Assembly: GCA_964449455.1 (NCBI GenBank)
Contig: CAYUYV010000001.1
Location: 15,015-48,537, forward strand
Origin: an uncultured Alphaproteobacteria bacterium
Lineage (GTDB): Bacteria > Pseudomonadota > Alphaproteobacteria > JAJFIK01
DNA length: 33,523 nucleotides
Direction: 5' to 3'
The position numbers and the translations under genes are program-made. Below are positions 25,578 through 33,523 of this stretch, in pieces; positions within the stretch are counted from its first letter, which is position 1; each line of letters starts with the position of its first letter. The notes beneath the pieces are model-generated. The model ran no database searches. It saw only the letters and a list, made by a program, of their open reading frames with translations, and was not told the DNA's origin.

Positions 25578-27293
25578 ATGACGGCAGTGGCTGCGGACAG
25601 AACAGAGTTCGACAGTTTTATGCGAACTTTGCGTTCTCTTGGCGACAAGCGTCTCATTTTGCTTGGCGCGATGGGATTGGCGATGGTCGCTCTCATCGTA
25701 GTGATGGCTTACACAATCTCGCGGCCACAGCTTTCTTTGCTCTATGCTGATCTTCAGCCGGCCGATGCTGCAAGTGTCGTCGCGGAGATTGAGCGTATGG
25801 GGGTGCCCGTCAAGATCAGTGCCGACGGGACCCGGATTGAAGTGCCCGAGCAGCAGGTGAGCCGTGTGCGTCTTGAACTGGCAGGTCGCGGACTGCCTGC
25901 CAGCGGCACGACGGGCTATGAGCTTTTTGATGAGCAAGGATCCCTCGGCCTGACCAGTTTCATGCAGCAGGTCAATCGGGTGCGGGCTCTCGAGGGTGAG
26001 CTTGCGCGGACAATTCAGTCCCTTGAGGCCATCAAGGCCGCGCGGGTTCATCTTGTGCTGCCCGAGCGGGATGCCTTTACGCGGGAGCGCACGGAACCGA
26101 GTGCATCGGTCGTCGTGCGGGTGAGACAGGGCGGTTCCCTTGACAGGGCCCAGGCGCACACGATCCGGCATCTTGTTGCTGCCGCCGTCCCTGGTCTTGA
26201 GGTCAACCGGGTTACGGTGCTCGATGCCCGTGGCAATACGGTGCTGGCGGAAGATCAAAGCGCCTTTCAGGGATCGGGCGCATTGAGCGATCGCGCATCG
26301 GCCATTGAGGCATCGCTCACGTCAGCCATTGAAAGGCTCCTCATCCCACGGCTCGGCGCTGATAATGTCCGTGTGCAGGCCAATGTGGACCTGTCCATGG
26401 AACGGGAAATCATTCGAGAAAAGATCTTTGATCCCTCTCGCACGGCGCTGCGCTCCAGTCAGGTCGTGGAGGAAACAGAGGAATCACGGGAGCTTTCGAC
26501 CGATCAAGCAACAACCGTGGAGCAGAATCTGCCCGAAGCCGATATCCCCATCGGGGATGCCGGAACGAATCGCAATGATCTCTATCGCACCGAAGAAACG
26601 ACGAATTATGAGGTTTCATCAGTTGCCCGGGAGCGGGTTAGGGAGCCGGGCGAAGTAAAGCGGGTTACCGTTGCGGTCATGGTGAATGGCAGCTGGGCTC
26701 CGGCGGCGGATGGCACGCAGGTCTATACGCCGCGCACGGCAGAAGAACTGGAACGGATCGGGGCGCTTGTCAAATCCGCCATCGGCTTTGATGAAGCCCG
26801 TGGTGACCGCGTGACGATTGAGAATCTCCAGTTTGTCAATCTTGAGAGCACTCTGCCTCCGCTTGCTGAAGTGCCCGTATCACAGATCCTGAGCCGGAAT
26901 ATCGTCACTCTGATTCAATGGTTGGTTCTGCTCACCATCTCCATTCTGGTCTTGATCATCGGTGTACGGCCTCTAGTCGCCCGTCTTCTTGCCGCCCTTC
27001 CGGCCCGTGAAGAGTCGGCTGCACCGGTTGGCGAGTCCGCGGTTCAGGATGCAAGAGCACTGCCCCAGCCGGACAGTGCGGCGACGGAGCTGCCCCAACT
27101 GGAGGCCATGACGGATGGCCGGGCCGTGGCGACAGCATCTGTCGACGTTGCCCTTGAGCAGATGATGGAACTGCGTGCGGTGAAAGGCGAGGTCCGCGCG
27201 AGCTCGATCCGGAAATTGGGACAAATTGTGGACGAGAACCCCGAGGAAATGCTGGCGATCATGAGAAATTGGATCCACGAGGAGGCTGTTTGA
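25578..27293 (+). CDS. fliF: MS-ring protein FliF
   Basis: TM1, GYELFD...GLTSF.QQVNRVRALEGELARTI, AARVHLVLPE, SASVV, VKSAIGFDEARGD, TM2, IMRNWI. Start uncertain (25563/25578/25620). Confidence 0.96.
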   Translation: MTAVAADRTEFDSFMRTLRSLGDKRLILLGAMGLAMVALIVVMAYTISRPQLSLLYADLQPADAASVVAEIERMGVPVKISADGTRIEVPEQQVSRVRLELAGRGLPASGTTGYELFDEQGSLGLTSFMQQVNRVRALEGELARTIQSLEAIKAARVHLVLPERDAFTRERTEPSASVVVRVRQGGSLDRAQAHTIRHLVAAAVPGLEVNRVTVLDARGNTVLAEDQSAFQGSGALSDRASAIEASLTSAIERLLIPRLGADNVRVQANVDLSMEREIIREKIFDPSRTALRSSQVVEETEESRELSTDQATTVEQNLPEADIPIGDAGTNRNDLYRTEETTNYEVSSVARERVREPGEVKRVTVAVMVNGSWAPAADGTQVYTPRTAEELERIGALVKSAIGFDEARGDRVTIENLQFVNLESTLPPLAEVPVSQILSRNIVTLIQWLVLLTISILVLIIGVRPLVARLLAALPAREESAAPVGESAVQDARALPQPDSAATELPQLEAMTDGRAVATASVDVALEQMMELRAVKGEVRASSIRKLGQIVDENPEEMLAIMRNWIHEEAV

Positions 27294-27297
27294 TCCC

Positions 27298-27954
27298 ATG
27301 CGTTCCTTTCTTTTCGAGCGATCTTTTGATTGTCCGAGCCCTGAACCACCCCCTGAGCCAGCGCCGCCGCCTGAACCCACAATGACCGTTCGGGAGGCTG
27401 AGGAGAAAATCCGTACAGCGCGCCAAAAAGGCTTTGAGGCAGGTTTTGCGGACGGGGCGGCGCAAACGCGCGAAGAGCTTGGTGAACAGATCAAAACGCG
27501 GATTGCCGAGAGTCTGGAGGCCGTGCGCCACGAACTCCCCAGGGCGGATGCTGATCTGTCCGAGGTCTTGTCCGACATTGAGGTCCGGGCCACGCGAGCG
27601 GTTTTAAGCCTCTTGGCCCATTTTGCGCCGCGTCTTTCGGACGTGATCGCCAAGGGCCTCGCCCATGATTTGGTTGTCAAAGCCCTTTCGGTCGCTGGCA
27701 ACACACCGGAGCTGATCATCGAATGTTCGCCGGAGGTGGCCGAGTTCATCGAGGGCGCGTTTGGAAAGGGTGCCGCGGGCCAACCGGTGACCATCTGCTC
27801 CGAAGGGGGGCTTAAGGGCGCGGCTGTCCGGGTGCGGTGGGAATATGGCGACGTTTCCTGGGATCCGACGGCGACGGAGGCGGAGGTTGCGGCCCTGCTC
27901 GATGCGGCCGCTGACACACTGGACGGGATGGTTGGCCGCAACCACGCGGCTTGA
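27298..27954 (+). CDS. fliH: FliH/FlbE-like export ATPase regulator
   Basis: FLFERSFD N-terminus, Pro-rich linker, AxxxGxxxGxxxG repeat (ARQKGFEAGFADG), C-terminal VRWEYG; lies between fliF and fliN. Confidence 0.8.
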   Translation: MRSFLFERSFDCPSPEPPPEPAPPPEPTMTVREAEEKIRTARQKGFEAGFADGAAQTREELGEQIKTRIAESLEAVRHELPRADADLSEVLSDIEVRATRAVLSLLAHFAPRLSDVIAKGLAHDLVVKALSVAGNTPELIIECSPEVAEFIEGAFGKGAAGQPVTICSEGGLKGAAVRVRWEYGDVSWDPTATEAEVAALLDAAADTLDGMVGRNHAA

Positions 27955-27984
27955 GGCATGCATCCATAAAGGGGAGACTTGGCC

Positions 27985-28404
27985 ATGACGACTGATGATA
28001 CAAATACGGATGATCTTGACGGAGCCGAGTTTGAATCGGTAGCCTCGTCTGAGGCCAAAGCATCCTCGGTGAGTGGTTCCAGTGCCGGGCCTGGCCCAGC
28101 CAAACCAGCAAGCCCTGCGCCGGAGTCCGAGGACGGGAGGTTGGAGGCGCTCCACGCCGTGCCGGTCGATCTGCAGGTCGTGCTGGGACATGCTTCCTTG
28201 CCCGTTGCCCAGCTTTTGAAACTGAGCCGCGGTGCGGTCGTCGAGATCGATCGAAAGGTCGGCGAGTGTGTGGATATTCACGTGAACAGCCATCTCGTCG
28301 CGCGGGGGGAGGTTGTCATCCTGGATGACAACAAGCTCGGCATTACACTGACAGATATTACCAGTACACAGAGTCTTGCTGGAATCCCAGGACGAGCTGC
28401 ATGA
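27985..28404 (+). CDS. fliN: C-ring switch protein FliN
   Basis: VPVDLQVVLG..LPVAQLLKL.RGAVVEIDRKVGE.VDI.VN..LVARGEVV; GGAG RBS before ATG 27985. Confidence 0.95.
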   Translation: MTTDDTNTDDLDGAEFESVASSEAKASSVSGSSAGPGPAKPASPAPESEDGRLEALHAVPVDLQVVLGHASLPVAQLLKLSRGAVVEIDRKVGECVDIHVNSHLVARGEVVILDDNKLGITLTDITSTQSLAGIPGRAA

Positions 28405-29228
28405 TCGGATTGCTCCTCACAGTGGGTGGCAGGGGGCTGGCGCCGGCTCTTCTGCTCCTGGCATTGGCCGGCGATGCCCATGGGGCGCCGATCATGCTTC
28501 AGATCGGAGATGAGCCGGCTGCGTTCACGGGGCGTCTGTTTCAGATCATCGCCCTGATGACGGTCTTGAGTCTTGCGCCGTGGATCCTGATGACGGTCAC
28601 GAGCTTTATCAGAATCGTCATTGTCCTTTCCTTGCTCAGAACGGCGCTTGGCTTGCAGCAGACACCGCCCAATATGGTGGTGATCTCGCTGGCCCTGTTC
28701 CTGACGGCTTTCATCATGGCCCCAACGGTGGATCGGGCGTGGCAGGACGGGATCAGTCCCATGCTGAATGACTCGGTCACGCCCGAACAGGGCATTGAGC
28801 GGACCATCGCCCCGTTCAGACAGTTCATGGAGCTTGAGGTTCGGGCCAAGGACCTGGCCCTGTTCCAGTCTTTGCGCCGTTCGGGACCGGAAGGACAGGC
28901 GGGGCAGGCGGTGTCCGAAGGATCATCGGGTCTTGCAGGAAGTCTTGATGCCTTGGAGCCCCAAAGGGCGCAAAGTGACGCGCCTTTAAGCGTTCTCGTT
29001 CCGGCCTTTATCATATCCGAATTGCGGCGGGCATTTGAGATCGGATTTCTCGTCTTCATGCCCTTTCTCGTGGTCGATATTGTCGTCGCAGCCATTTTGA
29101 TGGCCATGGGAATGATGATGTTGCCGCCGGCAATCGTGTCTTTGCCGTTCAAGGTCGTGTTCTTTGTCATGATTGACGGATGGAACCTGATTGCGGGAAA
29201 TCTTGTGAAGTCATTTGCTGGCGGATAA
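28401..29228 (+). CDS. fliP: Export gate protein FliP
   Basis: TSFIRIVIVLSLLRTALG.QQTPPN, PAFIISELRRAFEIGF, MGMMMLPP..SLPFK, DGW. Confidence 0.97.
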   Translation: MIGLLLTVGGRGLAPALLLLALAGDAHGAPIMLQIGDEPAAFTGRLFQIIALMTVLSLAPWILMTVTSFIRIVIVLSLLRTALGLQQTPPNMVVISLALFLTAFIMAPTVDRAWQDGISPMLNDSVTPEQGIERTIAPFRQFMELEVRAKDLALFQSLRRSGPEGQAGQAVSEGSSGLAGSLDALEPQRAQSDAPLSVLVPAFIISELRRAFEIGFLVFMPFLVVDIVVAAILMAMGMMMLPPAIVSLPFKVVFFVMIDGWNLIAGNLVKSFAGG

Positions 29229-29273
29229 ATCGCTGGTTTGACCGGGTACAGAACACAGGTTTTGGGGTGAGCC

Positions 29274-30299
29274 ATGGGTGCGATCAAAATTCGGGACAAC
29301 TATCATGCCCTGACAGGGCCGGAGAAGGCGGCCATCATGTTCCTCACCATTGGCGAGGACCGCTCGGCGTCCATGATGGAGCGGCTCGATGAGGACGAGA
29401 TTCGCATCGTCTCAAGAGCGATGGCGGGGTTGGGCACCATAACTGCGCCCTTGCTGGAAGAACTGATTTCACAGTTTACGGAGCGTATGGCACGAGGCGG
29501 TGCTGTGATCGGCAACTATGAGAGTGCTGAGCGGATGCTGAGCAATTTCATGCCCAAGGATCGTGTCGCGGACATCATGAACTATATCCGCGGGCCGGGT
29601 GGTCGGTCCGCCTGGGAGCGGATGTCGAATGTCAATGAGACGCTCCTCGCGAAATATCTGCAAGGAGAGCATGAGCAGACCGTTGCTGTGGTTCTGTCGA
29701 AAATCGCGCCGGATCACGCGGCAAAGGTGCTTCCTCTTCTACCCCGACCCCTGGTGCGTGATGTGATGCGCCGCATGGTGTCACTTCAGTCCGTGTCCCA
29801 GGAGATTTTGGCGGATATCGAGGAGATGTTACACCGGGAACTGATGATCGATTATGCCCAGAGCCGCGGAAGCGATACCCACGAGCATCTCGCTGAAATC
29901 TTCAACAGAACCGGTCAGGAACTGCTGAATGATCTGATTACTGATCTAGAAGAGGATGAACCCGATGCCATAGGCCGGATCAAACAGCTGATGTTCACCT
30001 TCGAGGATCTTGTGGAACTTGATCCCATTTCACTCGGTACCGTCATCCGGTCTTGTGATACGGATCTGCTGGTTTATGCGCTCAAGGCCTGTGACGAGGA
30101 AACGCGACAGGTGTTCCTCTCCCATATGTCCCAAAGGGCTGGGGCAATCCTGATCGAGACCACCGAGAGCCTCGGGCCGGTTCTCAGCCGCGATGTGGAG
30201 GCGGCGAAAACGGCGATCGTCCGTAAGGCGAAGGAACTCGCTGAAGCTGGAACAATCATCATTCAGCGCGATGGGGACAGCGAGGGCATTATCTATTGA
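29274..30299 (+). CDS. fliG: Rotor/switch protein FliG
   Basis: LTGPEKAAI, WERMSNV, EHEQTVAVVLS (EHPQ variant), MFTFEDL, ALK, MSQRA, LGPV. Confidence 0.95.
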   Translation: MGAIKIRDNYHALTGPEKAAIMFLTIGEDRSASMMERLDEDEIRIVSRAMAGLGTITAPLLEELISQFTERMARGGAVIGNYESAERMLSNFMPKDRVADIMNYIRGPGGRSAWERMSNVNETLLAKYLQGEHEQTVAVVLSKIAPDHAAKVLPLLPRPLVRDVMRRMVSLQSVSQEILADIEEMLHRELMIDYAQSRGSDTHEHLAEIFNRTGQELLNDLITDLEEDEPDAIGRIKQLMFTFEDLVELDPISLGTVIRSCDTDLLVYALKACDEETRQVFLSHMSQRAGAILIETTESLGPVLSRDVEAAKTAIVRKAKELAEAGTIIIQRDGDSEGIIY

Positions 30300-30308
30300 C
30301 AGTGGAGC

Positions 30309-30377
30309 GGGCCGGGGGAGGGGAGCCCCGTCGGCCCTTTCCGCCAATCACAGTCGTGAACCGGGCGGTAAACCGCC
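30309..30377. terminator. Paired hairpins between convergent fliG and monooxygenase
   Basis: GGGCCG-GGGG...CCCC-GT-CGGCCC (30309-30337) followed by TTT, and GGCGG-TAAA-CCGCC (30364-30377). Confidence 0.5.
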
Positions 30378-30382
30378 GGCCG

Positions 30383-31888
30383 TCAGGAGTAAGTCAGGGC
30401 GTCCGTATCAAGATCGAGGGCGGGGATCTCGTCCTTTTCCCTCCAATAATCCTGGGTATGGCGCCAGTCCGGATGGTCACCCGCCTTGGGCAGCAGATGC
30501 ATGCTGCGTTTGATGTAGTTCGGGTTGAAATCGTCTTCGTCGATCCAGGGCCCGATTTTCATATTGTTCAGCCGGGCGGGGACCTGCGGTGTGACTTGCT
30601 TCACGCCCAACTCATCCATGTGTTTGAGCAGTCGGCAGACATAGTCACCCAGAAGATCAACACGAAGGGTCCAGCTGGCCCGGAAATATCCGAACACCCA
30701 CAACAGATTGGGTACACCGGTGAACATCATGCCGCGATAGGTTACCGTGTCCGACCAGTCGACCATCTTGCCATCCACCTCAAAGGGAATACCGCCGAGG
30801 ACGGACATGTTGAAGCCGGTTGCCGTGATGATGATGTCGGCCTCGATCTCTTCGCCTGATTTGAGCAGCAGGCCTTTGGGTGTGAAACGCTCGATGTGGT
30901 CCGTTCGCATGCTGGCCTTGCCGGAGGCCATGGATTTGAAAAGGTCTCCATCCGGAACGAAAGCAAGGCGCTGCTGCCACGGGCGATAATGCGGCGTCAG
31001 ATGCTTCTCCATGTCGAAATCAGGGCCGACATAGGGGCGTAAGGCCTCCAGCAGCTCCTGCTTCATCACGTCGGGCTCTTCTTTTGATCGGCGATCAAGC
31101 TCGCGCTGATTGAACAGCGCCACCCGGCGGACAATGTCGTGGATCGTCATTGGATCCACCTCGACGGCGCGCAACAAATCCGCGAGTTCATTGGCATTTT
31201 GGCCAGCGAAGAAATAGGTTGGCGAGCGTTGAACCATGGTCAGGTGTTCACAGTCCTCTGCCATCGCCGGAACAACCGTAGCGGCGGTTGCACCGGAGCC
31301 GATCAGGACCACTTTCTTGCCCTTGTAGTCGAGATTTTCCGGCCAGGTCTGAGGATGGACAATCTGCCCCTGGAAGGTTTCCATGCCCTCCCATTCGGGC
31401 GTGAAGCCCTTTTCATGCTGGTAATAGCCCTGGCACATCCACATGAAATTTGCAGTGAAATAGACTTTTTCATCCGTCTCCAGACGGGTGGCCTCGACAA
31501 TCCACATTTTGTGGTCGGAGTTCCAGGCTGCCTGGTCAATGCGGTGCCGGTACCGGATATGCTTGGCGAGGTCGTTCTCCTCGATCACCTCATCCATGTA
31601 TTTCAAGATTTCGTCCCGGGTCGCGATCGGTGCGCTCATCCAGGGTTTGAACCGGTAGCCGAAGGTGTAGAGGTCGGAGTCCGAGCGGATGCCGGGATAT
31701 TTGTGCACATGCCAAGTCCCGCCGAATGTGTCGTATTTCTCCAGGATGACGAAACTCTTGTCCGGACACTGTTGTTTCAGGTGGTAGGCCGATCCGACAC
31801 CGGAGATCCCGGCACCCGCGATCAGCACGTCGAAATGCTCCACATTGGCCTGTGCCCCAGGGAGCCCGACGGTTTCAATCCCAGACAT
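30383..31888 (-). CDS. Flavin-containing (EthA-like, Baeyer-Villiger-type) monooxygenase
   Basis: GAGISG FAD motif, FGGTW..YPGIRSDSD, fingerprint FQGQIVHPQTWP, GSGATA NADPH motif, QRSP, ATG motif. GAGG RBS supports ATG 31888 over track start 32002. Confidence 0.92.
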   Translation of the reverse strand: MSGIETVGLPGAQANVEHFDVLIAGAGISGVGSAYHLKQQCPDKSFVILEKYDTFGGTWHVHKYPGIRSDSDLYTFGYRFKPWMSAPIATRDEILKYMDEVIEENDLAKHIRYRHRIDQAAWNSDHKMWIVEATRLETDEKVYFTANFMWMCQGYYQHEKGFTPEWEGMETFQGQIVHPQTWPENLDYKGKKVVLIGSGATAATVVPAMAEDCEHLTMVQRSPTYFFAGQNANELADLLRAVEVDPMTIHDIVRRVALFNQRELDRRSKEEPDVMKQELLEALRPYVGPDFDMEKHLTPHYRPWQQRLAFVPDGDLFKSMASGKASMRTDHIERFTPKGLLLKSGEEIEADIIITATGFNMSVLGGIPFEVDGKMVDWSDTVTYRGMMFTGVPNLLWVFGYFRASWTLRVDLLGDYVCRLLKHMDELGVKQVTPQVPARLNNMKIGPWIDEDDFNPNYIKRSMHLLPKAGDHPDWRHTQDYWREKDEIPALDLDTDALTYS

Positions 31889-32093
31889 GGCTTGTTTCCT
31901 CGCCTTTCTTGGGGCATGGGCTGTAGATGCCGCGAAACATGCCCTCGGTGGACCCGCTTCGGCGCCAGGATGTCCCCCCGCGTCAGCAGAATTCGGCTTC
32001 ACAAAAGAGTGTATTCCGGCCCGTTCGCTGTGGACAAGCGCGCGGGCGTGGCTCGGGGGCTGCGGATCTCAGAAACAGAGCGAAATCCGGCAA

Positions 32094-33494
32094 TCAGCAG
32101 CCCCAGAGGCCAAGGGCCCGTTCCTGGCCGCGGATAGGATGGGTGCCGAGGGGCGTGAGCTCCTGGGCCGGGTCGTCGCCTTCGGCGCTCTCGGCCCTGG
32201 CTCGCGCCACGGCGGCATCTGTTGCAGCGATCCGTACACCAAGGGTTCGGGTCAAGTTCTCCACGCGGCTTGCCACATTGACCGTATCGCCAATGACGGC
32301 GAATTCCAGGCGGTTTGCCCCGATGTCCCCGAGCACGACAGGCCCGTAATGGAGCCCAATTCCCACTTGGAGTGGTGGCTCGCCTTTCTCGGCGCGCTCC
32401 ACATTCCAGGCGGTCACGGAGTCGGACATGGCCCGGGCGCAGGTGAGGGCGTTGCGCGCGTCCGTCCTGCCGGCCGCTGGCGTGCCAAAGGTGGCCATGA
32501 GGCCGTCGCCGAGGAATTTGTCGAGGGTGCCCCGGTGCCGGAACACTTCCGCCTCCATCCGAGTATGAAAGGCCCGCAAAGTCTCAATGACTTCCTGGGG
32601 CTGACGGTCGGCGGCAAAGCGGGTGAAGCCCACAATATCCACAAACAAGACCGCAACATTCTGCATGCGGATACTCTTGAGCGGCTCGTCATTGTTGGAG
32701 AGTTCTTCCACCACATTGGGCGAGAAATAGCGGGCCAAATTGGTGCGTTCGCGCTCAAGGCGCGCCTCGCGCATAAGAAGGCCTGAGAAGCGTTGGACCG
32801 TCGTGCCCAGAACCCAGGCGACAATGATGAAGACCACCACCTCTTGAATCCGGATCCACAACAGAAAACTGTTCGGGTCCAGAAAGTCGAGCATGACAGG
32901 CGAGTGCCCGAATGCCGCCTCAGCCGCAGCCGCGAGTTCTGGATCCGGCGTGGAGGCCAGCCAGATCAGGGTGAGCGCCCCAACCCAGCTGATTGCTGTC
33001 ATGGTTCCGATGCCACGCACGGTGCGCCAGGAATAGGCCAATGTGGCGAATGCGAGGATGACATAGAAGAATTTGAACGCCTCCGCACGCAACACCATAG
33101 GCACCGGCATGTCCGCGGCCATGAATGGATTGGGCACCGCAATCGCAATCGTCATGATGAGGATATCCGCGAAGATGAGCGCAGTTTCAGCGGTTGATCG
33201 GCCGACACGGGCAACCCGGCGCTGGAGCCATCCCACCAGGGCGAGCAAAATGATCAGCGCTTCGTAGAAAAGAGCGGTCCGAAACGAAGAGGTCAGCAGG
33301 ATCAAGACCGCAATAACGGCGAGGGCCAAAAGACGGGCTCGGAACGCCAGATCCATCCCCTCGCGCTTGTGTCGCTCCAGCGCGGCCTGGGCAAAGCGCC
33401 CGCCCGGTTCTTCGCCGCCCGGTTCTTCGCCGGACGGATCGGCGGCGGTGTCCATCCCGGAAAGCTTGTCGTCAAACGAGCGGCGCGGCGTCAT
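32094..33494 (-). CDS. Membrane-bound class III adenylate/guanylate cyclase
   Basis: About six hydrophobic segments, then LARYFSP, VLFVDIVGFT, DKFLGDGLMATFG, IGLHYG, IGDTVNVASRVE. Alternative start at 33455. Confidence 0.92.
   Translation of the reverse strand: MTPRRSFDDKLSGMDTAADPSGEEPGGEEPGGRFAQAALERHKREGMDLAFRARLLALAVIAVLILLTSSFRTALFYEALIILLALVGWLQRRVARVGRSTAETALIFADILIMTIAIAVPNPFMAADMPVPMVLRAEAFKFFYVILAFATLAYSWRTVRGIGTMTAISWVGALTLIWLASTPDPELAAAAEAAFGHSPVMLDFLDPNSFLLWIRIQEVVVFIIVAWVLGTTVQRFSGLLMREARLERERTNLARYFSPNVVEELSNNDEPLKSIRMQNVAVLFVDIVGFTRFAADRQPQEVIETLRAFHTRMEAEVFRHRGTLDKFLGDGLMATFGTPAAGRTDARNALTCARAMSDSVTAWNVERAEKGEPPLQVGIGLHYGPVVLGDIGANRLEFAVIGDTVNVASRVENLTRTLGVRIAATDAAVARARAESAEGDDPAQELTPLGTHPIRGQERALGLWGC
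33401..33430. repeat. 15-bp perfect tandem duplication inside the cyclase 5' end
   Basis: CGCCCGGTTCTTCGC occurs twice (33401-33415, 33416-33430) and encodes GEEPG-GEEPG. Confidence 0.9.
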
Positions 33495-33523
33495 GGGCAG
33501 ACCTTTCCCGACAGGACCGCCAA

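Noticed and set aside
26973-28103. 376-aa Ser/Ala-rich minus-strand ORF
   Set aside because: Shadow of fliF/fliH/fliN; its composition is explained by reverse-frame codons.
15479-29228. Non-flagellar type III secretion system
   Set aside because: Rod, hook, P-ring, stator and flagellin genes are all present.
31139-32786. Long plus-strand ORFs 31139-32137 and 31845-32786
   Set aside because: Antisense to the well-supported monooxygenase and cyclase.
1-33523. CRISPR arrays, tRNA/rRNA, IS elements, integrases, pseudogenes
   Set aside because: None seen by eye. Intergenic gaps are short and the genes look full length; the only tandem repeat noted is the 15-bp duplication in the cyclase's unstructured N-terminus.

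Overview
Bases 1 to about 30300 hold a compact alphaproteobacterial flagellar gene cluster. On the minus strand at the left are partial flgA, flgG and flgF. Diverging from them are an exported TPR-like protein, motA, motB, flgE, flgK and flgL. An inverted OmpR-family regulator follows, then flgI, flgJ, a flgN-like gene, flagellin, flaF, flbT and DUF1217. Next come fliI (minus), flgB-flgC-fliE-fliQ-flhA-fliR-flhB, fliL-fliM-pflI-like-motE (minus) and fliF-fliH-fliN-fliP-fliG. Two convergent, apparently unrelated genes end the window: an EthA-like flavin monooxygenase and a membrane-bound class III nucleotidyl cyclase. Five observations stand out. (1) The cluster-encoded regulator has a degenerate, Rem/FtcR-like receiver and a CtrA-like recognition helix, and an identical 12-bp TTAA-containing motif sits in two divergent promoter regions. 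(2) The flagellin's acidic variable domain carries EF-hand-like DxDG loops. (3) The flagellin has a structured 5' leader. (4) An uncharacterised exported protein is translationally coupled to motA. (5) FliG has substitutions at conserved torque-helix charges. All family calls come from recognised motifs, recalled reference sequences and synteny; no database search was run.
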